Positions 1-16,800 of a DNA stretch of 64,000 nucleotides are shown here, piece after piece. How positions within the stretch are numbered: the first letter of the stretch is position 1; each line of letters opens with the position of its first letter. Both the position numbers and the translations under genes were made by a program. The stretch lies in assembly GCF_009914755.1 (NCBI RefSeq), contig NC_060937.1; one strand, written 5' to 3'. Below the pieces are notes generated by a model, which was given only the letters and a program-made list of their open reading frames with translations, was not told the origin of the DNA and searched no databases. Origin of the DNA: the human T2T-CHM13v2.0 reference genome, Homo sapiens.

Positions 1-1870
1 ATTTGAGATTCATTGAGGATTTGATGGGTGAGGTAGGGCAGGGCCACAATGAGTAAAGGCTGTTTTAGTAATACTAATGAGAGAAAATGTGTAGTGGCCT
101 GAATTAGGATAATGACAGTGAAGATCAAGACCAATGGATTATTTTAAAAGCTATTTAAGAGTTGAAGTCAACTAGAGTTGGTTATTGATTGGATGTGAAT
201 AGTGGTTGTTGGGAGAAGCATTCTACCTTGGACTCTGAGGATTATGGTTGCAGAAAGTAAGCTTTAGGGATGAAATAAACAGCAGGACTACTAAATACTC
301 ACTGTAAAAGCAGTAAATTCCTCAAACTCAGTTTTGTCTGTTTTAATGCAACACACTGAGTGGGCTGTATCTCTCTGGGTTGATCTGCATTGCCCCCATG
401 GAATTTGAGGGTCATGGTGAACTGGTGTAGAAGCTCCAAATACTTTTGTCTTAAATAATAACTTCTTTTGTCTCTGACTCAGAAGCCACCAATCCTCTAC
501 CTATATCCATCAAGTAGTAACAGACCAGTTTGTTAGGTTAAAAATAGGGTAAATTCCAAGGCCTTTCAGAGTTCCTAACAGTGGTTAATTAAGCACGTCT
601 GAAAAATTTTTCAGTAACCAAAGATCACTGGAACAGGGAACACAGGATGGAGGATGAGCTTAAGTGAGAAGAAAACAAAATCTGTTTTAGAAATTTTGAA
701 CTTGAAGTGTTGAAAGCACACACAAGAAGAGATGCCCAACAGACAGTTGGATGTATAGAAAAGTGGACAAGAAGATAGATTTAAAAAGTAGGGATTCTAA
801 GATTACAATTTAATGAATAGAATAATATGAGAAAACCTAGCATGAACATATAGACTGATTAAAAACAGTTTATGCAACAGAGTTTTGAGCCATGTAAACA
901 TTTATGGGACAGTAGAGAGAAACACATTTCAGTGTGTCTGAAACATAAGTGTTTGGAGTACAGGATAGCAGGCAATAGAATGGTTTAAGAAGAAAGTGCT
1001 GTATAGAGTGAAATCATACTAACACTTCAACATGACAGTTATGCATGGCAACATGAAGGGCATTGATAATTTAGCACGAACACTTTTATAGATTTGATGG
1101 AAGTGAAAACCAGAAAATAATAGGTTGTGCATTGAATGGGCTGAGAAGTAAAAATAAGTTGTTATGAAGGAAAAGAATGTAATATGGTAATGGAGAAGAA
1201 TATAAGATTACAGGAGTATGTTTCCTAAAGTGAAAAAGATCTGAGCATATTTTGGTCTAATGTGGATAAAGAAAGTATGTTTTGCAGCAAAAGTTGAGAA
1301 AGGTACTTTCCCTTGGCCTCCATTTTTCTCAGGGCTGTGAAAAGGAGAGTTCATCAGCAGAGAGAGGAGGCAGGTGAGAAAGTCAGAAGTTTGATGGTAG
1401 TGGATAAAATTTAAAAGAGTTGCTGTTTAGAACAAGAGAGAGCTGCCTGAACATATGAAATAGGATTCTTGAGTGGTTTGAGGGGACAGTTGCTGTTGAA
1501 GACCACGTGTAAAGGCATTTGAGGTTCTGTATGATATTTCTAAGGCAGCCCTCAGCATATGGTAGATTCATTCTATAATGTACATAAGAAATAAGAGACC
1601 TTTAAATTCATGGGGTGGAGTGGCTTTTCACAAAGTGGTAGGACAGAAAAGCAATGAAACAACTTACATGGATATATTGGCAAAAGAAAGGTTAGATGAT
1701 AAGTCTTAAGTATATATTTAGCTGAGCAGGGAAGATAGAAACCTGAAGAAAAAATATTAGAATAGTTGAAAAGCCTGGATATTTTATTGAGATTGAGAAA
1801 ATTACTAGTGGGGGTAATTTAAGGGGCAAATTAGATGATGAAGAAATTATATTATGAATTGAGATATTGC
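1..1870 (-). mobile_element. L2 LINE fragment, interrupted by an LTR at 207-580
   Basis: Purine-rich decayed sequence resembling the antisense L2 3' region on both sides of the LTR; boundaries approximate. Confidence 0.7.
207..580 (+). mobile_element. Solo ERVL-class LTR (LTR40-like)
   Basis: TGTTGGGAGA...CCTAACA termini; exact 5-bp TSD GTGGT at 202-206 and 581-585. Confidence 0.75.
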
Positions 1871-1894
1871 ATTTGGATTTCACATAAAGTAGTT

Positions 1895-2020
1895 CTAATT
1901 CCTTTACTTAACAAATACATATTGAGATCCCATATATGCTGAGAACTATTTTAGGTGCTAGAGGTATATCAGTGTAAGAAAAAGCCACACTGTCTCCACT
2001 CCTGCAGCCTATATTACAAT
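1895..2020 (-). mobile_element. L2 3' end
   Basis: aacaaatacatattgag...ctaggtgct-like antisense L2 tail. Confidence 0.6.
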
Positions 2021-2700
2021 GAAAAAAATTTACTGCAATTTTATTTGGTGAGTAAACCTCCATATATTTTTTCAATATGCATGCGTTTAATTTATTTTGA
2101 TTTTTCCTCTTTGAAAAAGTATGATATTACGCACATTTTTTTCAATCTGCATTTTCCTGTTAACAGGCCCTATCTAGATGTAACTCACCATCTTTAACAG
2201 CGATAAAGTTATAGTGTGAAAGTAGCATAAATATCTTTTGATGGTATTTGCATATCTAATTTTCCCATTACATTTTCTGGTCACCATTGAAGTTGAGTGA
2301 CTGTATAGGAAGAATAAAAAATAGAAATGGACATATTGTGACAAAGTGTGTGAAAACTTTTATATTTAAAAGGTATTTTCAAATTATCATCAGTAGGCCA
2401 ACATACATCTCCACCAACAGTTTTCTGAAAATGTCTAGGGTTCTGCAAGGTCTTATCAAACTTTATTAGGGAAAAACTATGATATTTTTGTTATAAATTA
2501 TATTTGTTTTCTTAAATTGAATTTTGAAATGTTTAACAAGTTTGAGAAAATATTTTTATAAATGTTTGGCCTGAATATTTCCCTTTCTGTAAACTTCCTG
2601 TCTTTGCCCATATTTTCTATGGGGTTGTTGTCTTTCCCTTAGGGATTTATTAAGAGTCCTGCATATACACAAATTACGTATTATATATATTATTTCTAAG

Positions 2701-3055
2701 TGATATAGTTTGTCTATGTCCCAACCCAAATCTCATCTTGAATTGTAGCTCCTGCAATTCTGTGTCATAGCAGGGAGCCAGAGGGAGGTAATTGACTCAT
2801 GGGGTGGGTCTTTCCCATGCTGTTCTTGTCATAATGAATAAATCTCATGAGATTTGATGGTCTTATAAAGAGGATTTCCCCCTGCATAAGTTCTCTGTCT
2901 TGCCTGCTGCCATGTAAGAAGGCCTTTTGCCTTCCACCATGATTGTGAGGCCTCCTAAGACATATGGAACTGTGGGTCCATTAAACCTCATTTTCTTTAT
3001 AAATTACCCAGTCTTGGGTATGTCTTTATTAGAGGCATAAGAGCAGACTAATACA
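2701..3055 (+). mobile_element. THE1 (B/C-like) MaLR solo LTR
   Basis: tgatatagtttg...cccaaatctcatcttgaattgtagctc...gactaataca; TSD ctaag/ctaat (4/5). Confidence 0.9.
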
Positions 3056-3679
3056 CTAATTCAATATATAATGTTATTTAGACAATATTTTGATCCAAAA
3101 GTTTGTAAACCATATTGACATTTCAAAACACAACTATATTTAATATCCTCTAATGTCTCTATGAAGATACACTATCTCGTAAGAACAACTCTTGTATAGA
3201 GTATTGTCTACATATTTAAAATATTAAACTGTCCTCTATGTTTATAGTTTTCAGACATGATTTTGAGAGCATGATTTTTTTATATAATCAAATGTGTTTT
3301 ATAAAATGTGTCATCTGACATCCTGCCATACAAATGACAAGCATAAAAATAGTCTGGATTATGTATTTTTAAATAAAGGGTATGCCTACAAACATAATAC
3401 TGGAAGTTAGGCCAGAAATCAAATTCTGAAGTAAATACACTTTTTATTACAATTTGAAGACAGGCTAAATAGGTATGATACATATTCCCAATATCCTCCA
3501 ATATCACCGTATACATTTCTATCTTCAAACTTTCATGCATACATGTCATGCATGTAAAATAAGCTGCCACAATCTGCTATGAGTTAACTGCGTACTTGAA
3601 TACAGCAAAATTATTATTTGTGTTACCTGAACCAGTGATTATTTCTCTAGCTAACCTAGTTATTTGTTGTTTGATAACT

Positions 3680-3790
3680 ATAATTCCTAAGGGAAATAAT
3701 CGAGTCTATCATGTACACCACCATATCCTCAGTGACCACACCAGTACTTAGAATATAGCTGACAATCAATAACATTTTGAATAAATAAAT
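3680..3790 (+). mobile_element. L2 3' end fragment
   Basis: caatcaataacattttgaataaataaat-type tail. Confidence 0.45.
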
Positions 3791-3812
3791 TCAACTGGAA
3801 TTATTCACCTTT

Positions 3813-4208
3813 TGTGTTTTGTGTTGCTGTAAGGAAAATACCTGAGGCTGGGTGATTTATAGAAAAAAGAGGTTTAATTTGCTTACAATTCTGCTGGCTA
3901 TACAAGTGTGATTCCACCATCTGCTTCTGGTGAGGGCCTCAGGAAGCTTACAATCATCGCGGGGGCGGGGGTAAAAGAGGGAGCAGGAGAGTCACATGGT
4001 GAGAGTGGGAAGAAGAGAGAGTGGGGGAAGGTGCCCTAGTTTAAACAACCAGCTTTCATGAGAACTCACAAACACCAGGGCAGCACCAAGCCATTCATGA
4101 GGGATGAATGCCCCTTGTCCCAAACACTTCCTACAAGGCCTAAGCTCCAACATTGAGGATTACCTTTCAACAAGAGGTTTGGACGGGAAAAACATTCAAA
4201 CTATATCG
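3813..4208 (-). mobile_element. MST (MSTB-like) MaLR solo LTR
   Basis: aatacctgaggctggg...ggcctcaggaagcttacaatc...aaactatatc; 5-bp TSD CCTTT at 3808-3812 and 4209-4213. Confidence 0.88.
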
Positions 4209-5031
4209 CCTTTAATATTTCCTTAATAGGAACATGTATTTATATAAAACAAATTATACCTCAATGACATGTATAATTCATTTTAAATAAAAGGCTGTTA
4301 AAAACAAAGACTTGAATACATATAAACTGTGTAATTGTAGACTTCTTTTAGAAGCTTCTAATAGTGCAATTGCAAATTCTTTCTGTTCTTGTGTCTTCAA
4401 AGATATTCACAAAAACTAATCCCTTAATATGTTTTTTTTTATTTTATGTAGCTAACTTTACAACTTTTTAGAAAACAAGAAAATGCATAATACTGTTGAT
4501 AGACAAATATCTCACATTTGGAAATTACAATAGAGGTCTATGTCTAAGAAAAGATTTAAGCTATCCCATGCCTCTGAGACTTAACCGACCTCTCATGGTC
4601 GGTTACATTTTATATCCACATTTTGCTTCTGTGACTAATGGAAACTCCTTAGAGAATCAACCATGCTCTTGAATATTATGTTTTTCTTACAACAGAGAGA
4701 ACATCAGTAATGATAACAATCATGTAATAATAATTTTAATGAAAGAAATAAGTCATATTTCTACCCTTCACTATATTACTAGGAAAATTTTGTAATTGAA
4801 AAGGTTTATTAGCAAAGATTTTTCCCTCTCAAAATCTCAAAGCAATTGTGAAAAGCTGTCTACCTACATCCTTTGTTTGTTAAATAATTTGTCAAAAATG
4901 GTAATATAATTACTAATGTAAATAGGAATAATGGTACAAATAACTGAAATTAATGTTTAAAAGTATATTATTTTATTCATTAAGCTCTATAATATGTTTT
5001 TTTGCATTTAAAAAATTGTTAATAATTTTGA

Positions 5032-5126
5032 ATTTTATTCTAGATTCGGGGGTAATGTGCTGGTTTGTTTCTTGATTATATCACTCGATGGTGAGGTTTA
5101 GAATACGATTCATCCCATCACCCAGG
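5032..5126 (-). mobile_element. Short old L1P 3' end fragment
   Basis: ttctagattcgggggta..tgtgctggtttgtt...cccatcacccag matches antisense older L1PA/L1PB 3' terminus. Confidence 0.6.
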
Positions 5127-5494
5127 ATTTTTTAAACAAGAAAATAAATCTTTCCTATCTAACCTTTTGTTAGTCAATATACCTGTGCTGGCAAAAGAGG
5201 AAGATTAAAATAATTACCTGTATAAGTGAGGTAAAAATTGGTTATTGGGAAATAATAAACATTGACTTCTTATCAAGGTTAATATTCATATTTACATTAG
5301 TAGCAAAGACCCCCCTCCCAATGCACAAAGTAAAGTGGAAGGTAAGCAGTGTCTACATTACACAATGTTCATGAATAGTTTTATTATCTGACTAAATAGA
5401 AAATATATATGTTTGAAATAATTATGCATATAAATGTAGACTACATTGCCTCTAATCTTAAGGAAAAAGTATGCTTCTGAGCTCTAAAATTTCT

Positions 5495-8626
<3,132 letters not shown>

Positions 8627-8999
8627 TTTCTAACTACATTTTAAATTGTTAAAATTCACTTTTTTTGTCACATTTCTGTATTAGTTTTCTAAGGTAGTCA
8701 GAACTTTGAAATTTATTGTTCTTCAGTTTATTTTACTTCATTTGAAATGCCTAATTGAAGAGTTAATGGGCAATGAAATGGCCAAATGGTAGATGGCAAA
8801 TAGAAGAAAAAATGGCAAATATATAGATTCTTTTCCTTTATGGAAAGGACAGGCTACAGTCAATCCAAGCAACTGAATTGATTCGTCGAACTGTGCCAAA
8901 CCTATTTCATTAATTAGGGGGAAAGCTTTTCTAAGTAAGATATTGCAGTTTTAAAAAACGTTTAACGTAGACTAATTTTTTAAAAATTTGTCTATTGTC

Positions 9000-9400
9000 A
9001 TTTTAATCAGGTCACACTAGACACAGCCCTGTCCCTTGTTTAACTCACTGACCCTCAATAGGCCTCCTCCGTCATTAACCTGTCTTCAACGGTTACAGAA
9101 GATCCCTCAGAAAAGACATCCCATTCATGATGCTCTCGTTCTTCACTGATTGTCTGAAAGATCAACTCGTCCTTTTAAGCCGGGGCGCAGAAGTTGCTCC
9201 TGTCCTGCATGACGCCTCCACTTTGTCTGGTGGGGCTCCGTCGCAATCTGGACCTCTCTAGCTTGAGGCTGGTGTGTGCTTCTGTGTTGATTCCTCCTTC
9301 ATCTGGGGTAGCAGGGACCGTCTTCACTTATATCTTATGGCTTTGGTGCTTACATGGTTCTGAGCAAATTGTGGTACTCAAATGTACGCCTTGAACAAAT
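9000..9400 (+). mobile_element. Decayed L2 3' region
   Basis: L2-like tail (cagggaccgtc...gtactcaaatgt...tgaacaaataa); left boundary uncertain. Confidence 0.45.
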
Positions 9401-10339
9401 AAGAAAGGTCTGGCGTTGAATTAAATACCTGGGATCTTTTATTGACTACTATAGTGCCATTGGTTCCATGCTGTCACAAATGTGATATTGCTGGTCCAGC
9501 ACTGTTAAGTTCTGTGACTTAATGTTTAGGCATTGTCAAAGAGTGACAGTGTCAAGATTCTGAAAAGCTGTGGAAAATGAAGTAATCAGAGACAAAAAAA
9601 AAGTAAAATAGCGAAAAATGTTAACGCTTAGCAATTACAGACCACTAGGCAATTGTCTATTAATAATAGAATAATGAACATTGATTATTGACATAATTTC
9701 TCAATACATTGCTTAAACAGACAAAACAGTAAATGTTAATTATTTGTAACTTGAATAGTTTATTTATTGGGGAAGAATTCCACCATGGCTGACACATAAA
9801 AAGCATGCAATAAGTATTTCTTATCTTCCCTACACCTCAAATAAGGAAACATCTGGATCACATCGCATTTTATGAAAGACTTAAAACCTAATCCTGCTGT
9901 TAACAGATAAAGTCGTTAAGCATAGATACATGAATCTATTCACAGCACTGTCCTATTAAATAGCTGCTCTGATAAGACCTAGAGGACATCCTGATCAAAC
10001 TTGGTGATTTAAATCAATTAGATGGCAAAAACAGTCTCTCCCAAAGAGACTCTTCCTCTTGCAAGTTAGAGAAAAAATAATGACTTAGGTGATATTAAAA
10101 AAAAATGTAGAGTTTAGCTTTGACTTCAATTATCAACCACATATGAAATACAATATGAAAGACATTTCATGGCACATTATTAATAAAACAGAAATTTGCT
10201 CAAAATTATTTTAATGAGCCGGAAATATAATATCAATACTATTATAAATAAAATAAAATCCTCAAATATATTTCAACATTTAGAAACTTTAATCCAGATT
10301 TCAAGGACTTGCTTTATAAAAGATTCAGCTATTCTCTGT

Positions 10340-10830
10340 GTTTATTAGACAATATCCGAAATTATCTGTCCAGTTTGGGCATCCTATTTTAAGGGCATGC
10401 TTAATATTCAAGTTGTATACAAAAGACGATGAATAAAATCTTGTGACAACTAGAAGCCATGTCATATGGAAAATTAATGAAGTAAGTAGAGCCTTTATAT
10501 CACAGAGGAAAATATTTGAAGCCAGAGCATACATGTCACATGCAAGTAGATGCATATTTACTCTGGGGTATAACAGAGGGGGCAAAATGGAGACTAAATT
10601 ATAGAAATTACAGAGAGAAAGATTTGTTCACTCATTATGGGAAAGGATTTTCTAAAATTTAGTATTATACAATAATGGAATTGGCAATTTTGTGAGGTGA
10701 CAATTTTCTTCAAGTGAGTATTTCCAAGAAGAATTTGCCTGGGAGATTGAAGGAGACATTTTCAATTTGGAAAGGAAATGAAGTTGATAGCTAGCTAAAT
10801 TTCCATTGAAGTCTCAATTCTACTAAATCT
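10340..10830 (+). mobile_element. L3/CR1 LINE 3' fragment
   Basis: tgtccagtttgggcatcctattttaag...gccatgtcatatg...aatggaattg...gtgaggtga resembles the CR1/L3 ORF2 end. Confidence 0.65.
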
Positions 10831-11544
10831 TTGAGAGGAATTTTGTACTTGATAGTTTCTTTGTGCACAAGTTCATATTTTATACTATATTAGTATGCAA
10901 ATATTAGATATTTTATAGATTTGATGGACCAAGCTGTATATATAGTAACAATCTATACAAACACACATATGTGTATGTATATTCATTTTAAATTTACTAT
11001 TTAAATAAATATTTCCACTCTAATATATTTAGAAGTTTAAAATGTGTAGTTATTGGTGACATTCTTCCTATTTAAAATGTGAGCTAATTATTTGTTATTT
11101 TTGCTTATCTCACAATGGAAACTAGAAGCCATGAGACACATGACAAACACCACAATGCAGATGGACATCCCTTAACAATTGTTTTTGAGATTTTTGAATT
11201 TCTGTTAGAGATATATAGAATAGAAATATCATGTCTTATTTCTTTTATTTGTAAAGGTTATTAACTTGACCCTGAAATCTACAAACTGTTCCATTCAGTA
11301 GTAAGTTGGAACTCTATTTATGTAGTAAACTTTCATATTTTGTATATTTAATAAACTTTTGGCCTTTATGAAATATTCAATACATTCTTCATAAATTTCT
11401 CACTAATTAATATTGTTTTGAATTATTTTATTTACAGTTAAATAATAATTTTCTGCTTTATTTAACTGTTCTATTTTGAGTTATATTTAAAATGAAGACA
11501 AAGGATTAAAGTCATTAACTATATCCTAATAAAATGCCCATTGA

Positions 11545-11625
11545 AAAATATTAAAATTTAAAATAAAAATAAAATTTAATATAAAATAAAATAAAATCTA
11601 AATATAAAAATTTAAAATATTTTAA
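11545..11625. repeat. AT-rich low-complexity tract
   Basis: (TAAAA)n-like, almost purely A/T. Confidence 0.8.
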
Positions 11626-13364
11626 GATCTTGTAATACACTTGTGAAATACTTGAAGACTGCTTGTTATAATACTCAGATTTTGATGATTAATATAATTC
11701 AAATAAATATATTTTTTATTTTGCATATTACCTTATCCTTCATTTGAAGATATATCATTACATTTAAATCAATATGATTTATAGTTATAACTTTCTCTAA
11801 TTTATATTTTCATAGACTCACTTAATTTCTGTGGACTAATTTGTCTCCTCAAACATACCTTCCTCTTACAGTCACCTGTCTCATAACTGACAAACTTTCA
11901 CAGCGGCCCTCAGCCTATGATAAATCTAACTGGATAAAAGAAAGATTAATATGATAACACAACCTTACAAAATGTAACTGGCTGAACACTATTGGTTCTA
12001 TAAGTTATGCTCTATGATATAGTTCATATTTATGCATTATATCTTATTCAAGAGAGGAATGGAAAATCTAGATTTAAACACAAATCTACTTGGAGCAAAA
12101 TTATATGGTAAAACACTTTTTCTTACTTTGAGGTCACTTTTGACTTACCTTTGACTTGATTTACTGATCTTGATTTATTTTCTGCGTTTTAATTTCTTTT
12201 TCAGATCTATAATCAGTTAATATCTACTTTGTTATTATGAGTACAAATATCTATAAGCAAATGTCTAGTTAAGACACACAGTAGTGAAGAATTTTTAATT
12301 TAATTTCCAACAGAAGAAAATAAATTTCTGGTAAAATATTACTAGAGTAAAAAAATTATGCTAATTAGTATTGCTTAATGTTTTAGGTTATCATACAGAA
12401 AGTCTGGAATAAATATACATTTTTAGTACGTAGTTACTGGAATCTGCAAGATGTGCTAAGGTTGTATTTCAGCCAATTTGATCATTTGGAAATATGTGTC
12501 TTTGTTGAAAAATTATTTCCAGTAGGATTGTATTTATATGACTTGAGTAAATTATTGAAAATGCTTTAAGTGAATTTTGTATTGCCTATAATGTATTACT
12601 GTTAAGCATTCAACTGGATTTCCCTGTATTTCATTCTATTTGGGTGTGTTTCTGTCTGAAATAATCAAAATCAGTATTAATTATGTTTTTTGGTAACAAG
12701 TGAAAACTCTGGATATCTGAAATATAGATTATATTATTTGTAAATTGATGGGAAAAATCATAATCAATGGGAACATTTGATGCAAAGAAAGGGGACCTGG
12801 GTATAGAAAATGAGTAGTAAAGAGCAGATGCAACAAGAGAGGATAATTAAGAATAAAACCCAGGTTAGATCCTGTTAAGATTGTTTGGGTAAGATGCTGA
12901 CTGGTGCTCTATAGTCACTCTACCCTTAACGCCACCACTGAGCACAAGCTGATACTGCCTTGCCACACTGGGAATCATTTGACAATTGATGTCTTTTCAT
13001 CTCTCTCTGCAGTTTCAAACTTCAAGTTGACTGCATTTGATCAGTCAGGATTAGATTATGTTCAGTGTTCAAGACTGTGTTTGCAAGGGAAAGGGGAATG
13101 TATAACAACTGTAATCCTTTCATTATGAGATTGAGAGCCTTCATAGCCAGACATTTCTCTAAATTATGACTTCTGTTCATGCTCAGAGCTGTTCTATAAG
13201 GTTAAATATTCATAATTCCAAGCCTTTTTTTTCATCTTTTTACTTTGACAATAAAATTAATATAGGCTAATTATGCTATAGACAACTAGGAAACAGAAAA
13301 ATAAACAGAAAACATACAATAAATTCATAATTTAACCACTAGTGAAAAAGAATTATTAATATAT

Positions 13365-13726
13365 TGATATATTTTGGCTCTATGTCCCCACCCAAATCTC
13401 ATCTTGAATAGTAGTCCTCACATGTCAAGGGAGGGAACTGATGGGAGGTGACTGAATCCCGGGGCGGTTTCCCCCATACTGTTCTCATGTTACTGAGGGA
13501 GTTTTCACAAGATCTGTTGGTTTTAAAAGTGGCAGCTTCTCCTAATTCTCTCTCTCTCCTATCATCCTGTAAGACCTGTCTTCCTTCCCCCTTAACTTTC
13601 ACCATGATTGTAAGTTTCCTGAGACCTCCCTAGCCATGAGAAACTGTGAGTCAATTAAACCTCTTTTCTTCATAAATTACCCAGTCTCAAGTAGTGTCTT
13701 TAGCAGTATGAAAATGTACTAATATA
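13365..13726 (+). mobile_element. THE1D/MSTA-like MaLR solo LTR
   Basis: tgatat..ttggctctatgtccccacccaaatctcatcttg...gtgagtcaattaaacctc...actaatata; TSD tatat/tatgt. Confidence 0.9.
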
Positions 13727-13889
13727 TATGTCTTCTTATTTTTTAGTTCTTTTTTGTTATCAAGGATGTATGTGTGTACATTGCAAATTCACATATATGT
13801 GCACACCTACCTACATTGCAAATACACGTATATGTCACATTTATTTTTCAAAATGAGATTCTGTATTGATAGCCTTAATTGATGGCTAT

Positions 13890-16800
13890 CATTAAATGAC
13901 ACTGAGCATTTTTTCACCTACCTGTTGGTCATTTGTATGTCTTCTTTTGAGAAATGTATATTAAGATATTTTGCCCATTTTTAATAGAGTTATTTTATTA
14001 TTAGTAGTAGTATTTTTATTTGAGTTTGTTATATATTCTGGATATTAAACCCTCGTTAGATGCATACTTTGCAAATATTTTCTCCCATTCTGTAGGTTGT
14101 CTCTTCACTTAGCTAATTGTTTTCTTTGCTGTGAAAAAGTATTTTAATTTGATGTAATCCCATTTGTCTATTTTTGCTTTTGTTCTCTGTGATTTTGAGG
14201 TATTATTTAAATCATTACCTCATCCAATGTCGTGGTGTTTCCTTTAGGTTTTTTTCTAGTAGTTTTGTAGTTTAAGGTTTTACATTTAAATCTTCATTCC
14301 ATTTTGAGTTGATTCATATATACAGTGAGAGATATGGGTCTAATATCATTCTTCTGTCTGTTTTTCCCAGCACCATTTATCAGATGTTGTCTCTTTCCCA
14401 ACGTGTGTTCTTGGCACTTGTGTCAAAATCAGTTGGCTGTCAGGGTGTAAATTTATTGCTGGGTTCTCTATTCTGTTCAATTGGTCTGTGTATCTGTCTT
14501 TATGCCAGCATCATTCTGTTTTGGTTACTAATGCTTTGCAATGTATTTTGAAATCAGGTAGTGTAATGTTTCCAGCTTTGTACTCTGGGCTGAGGATTGC
14601 TTTGGCTATTTGGAGTATTTTGTGGTTCCATGCAAATTTTAGGATTTTCAAAGAATTTTGTAAAGAATGTCATTGTTATTTTGATAAGGATTGCTCTAAA
14701 GTTATAGATTGCTTTGGCTAGTGTGGCCATTCTAGCAATATTAGTTCTTCCAATCCATGAAAATAAGATTCATTCCTGTCTTCTTCAATTTCTTTCATTA
14801 ATGTTTTGTAGTTTTCAGTGTAGAGATCTTTCACCTCCTTAAGTTTATTCTCAGGTATCTTATTTTCTTTGTGTAGCTATTGTAAATAAAATCACACTTG
14901 ATTTATTTTGGCTAGTTTACTACTGCCATATAGAAATACTACTGATTTTTTATGTTGATTTTGTATCCTGCAACTTTACTGAATTAGTTTATTAGTTCAA
15001 ACAGTGTTTTTGGTGGAGTCTTAAGGTTCTCTTTGTATAAGATTATGTTGTTTGCAAATAGGGTCAATTTGAATTCCTTCTTTTCAATTTGGATGCCTTT
15101 TTTTTTCCTCTTGACTAATTGCTCTGGTTAGAACTTCCAGTACTATGCTAATTATAAGTGGTGAAAGTGGACATTCTTGTGTTGTCCCTGATCTTAGAGG
15201 AAAAGCTGACAGCAGTATGATGTTAACCATCACTTTGTTATACATGGCCTTTTTCGTATGGAGGTATTACCTTCTATACCTAATTTGTTGAGAGTTTTTA
15301 TCACGAAGGGATGTACGTGCTTGTTGTGTCACATGCTTTTTCTGCATCTATTGAAATGATCATAGGGTTTTTGTCTTTATTCTTGTTAATGTGGTGGATT
15401 ACATTTATTGATTTGCAGATGATAAATCTTCCTCGTATCCTTTCATTTCTGATTTTATTTGTGTATGCTTTACTTTTTTTTTTAGTAAGTCTAGCTAAAG
15501 ATTTGTCAACTTTGTTTATCTTTTCCCAAAACAAACTCCAGGTTTTGTTGATATTTTAGATAGTTTTCCTAACCTCTGTTTGGTTTATTTTTGCCCTGAG
15601 TTGCATTATTTTCTTGCCTTTACCAATTTGGGTTTAGTTTGTTTTTGCTTTTCCAGTTCCTTGAAGTACATTGTTAGGTTGTTTATTTGAAATCTTTTTT
15701 TTTTTCATTTTTGATATAGGCATTTATTCTTATAAATTTTCCTGCTTTGCTGTCCTGTATGTTTTGGTATGATGTATTTTTATTCTCATTTGTCCCAATA
15801 CATTATTTTAAATTTTTCTTTTAATTTCTTCCTTGATCCATTAGCTATCTAGGGACATGTGGCTGAGTTTGCATATATTTGTAAAGTTTCTGCAGTTTTT
15901 TTGTTAACTTTTAGTTTATAACATTGTGGTCAGAAAAGATATAAGATATTATCGCTGTCTTCTTAAATTTGTTAAGATTTTTGTGGCCTAAAATATGATC
16001 TATACTGGGCAATGTCACATGTGCAGTTGAGAACAATGTGTACGTGCAGCTGTTGGATGGAATGTTCTGTACATGTCTTTTGGGTCCATTTGGTATGGTG
16101 AAGTTTAAGTCCAATATTTCTTTGTTTGTCTTATCTAGATGATCTGTCTATTGTTGAAAGTGAGGTGTTGAAATCCCCTCCTATTGTTACATGGCACTGT
16201 ATATCTCTTTTTAGATCTAATTAATTTTGCTTCACATATTTGGTGCTCTAATGTTGGATGCATATATATTTTTATATTGTCTTGTTGAGTTAATATTTTT
16301 ATCTTTATATAATGACCTTCTTTGTCTATTTTTACAGTTTTTACTTAAAGTTTATTTTATCTGATATAAGTATGACTACTTCTGCTTGCTTTTAGCTTTA
16401 TTTGCATGAAATATTTTTTTCTCTGCCTTCATTTTCAACCTATGTGTGTCTTTAACAGAGAAATAAATCTCTTGCAGGCAGCATACAGTTGGGCCTTGTT
16501 TTTTTAATATATATATTTGAATCTATTCAGCCATTCTATATCTAATTGGAGTGTTTAATTCATTTACATTTATGATGATTATTTATAGGTAAATATTTGC
16601 TTCTGCCATTTGTTATTGTTTTCTGGTTGTTTTGTAGATTCTTTTCTCCTTTATTGTTATTTACCTATGTTGTTTGGTGATTTTCCATGATGCTAAGCTT
16701 TGTTTCCCTCTCTTTTTTGGTGTGGTATCTGTTGTATTTCATTTCTTTGTAGTTACCACAGGGCTAACATAAAGAGTCTTCTAGTTATAATTAATTATTT

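Larger units (their letters stand above)
2047..4845 (-). mobile_element. DIRS-like retrotransposon relic, unit 1
   Basis: Minus-strand motifs in order: gag FEG..(L)F ~4835-4812; pol start RGRLSL/EAW 4593-4566; RT VAAY 3570-3559 and LED (YLDD-like) ~3500; YR TLDIFRK 2441-2421 and HST 2299-2291; GGTGAGTAA on + at 2047-2055. Confidence 0.5.

Noticed and set aside
4582-4605. Perfect 9-bp inverted repeat taaccgacc/ggtcggtta
   Set aside because: Such short stems are expected by chance or local template switching in 64 kb; one arm overlaps the GRL pol-like motif; no RNA gene features
15301-15534. L1M ORF2 deletion overlapping the region lost from the L1PA at 8003
   Set aside because: Different breakpoints and ages; coincidence is sufficient
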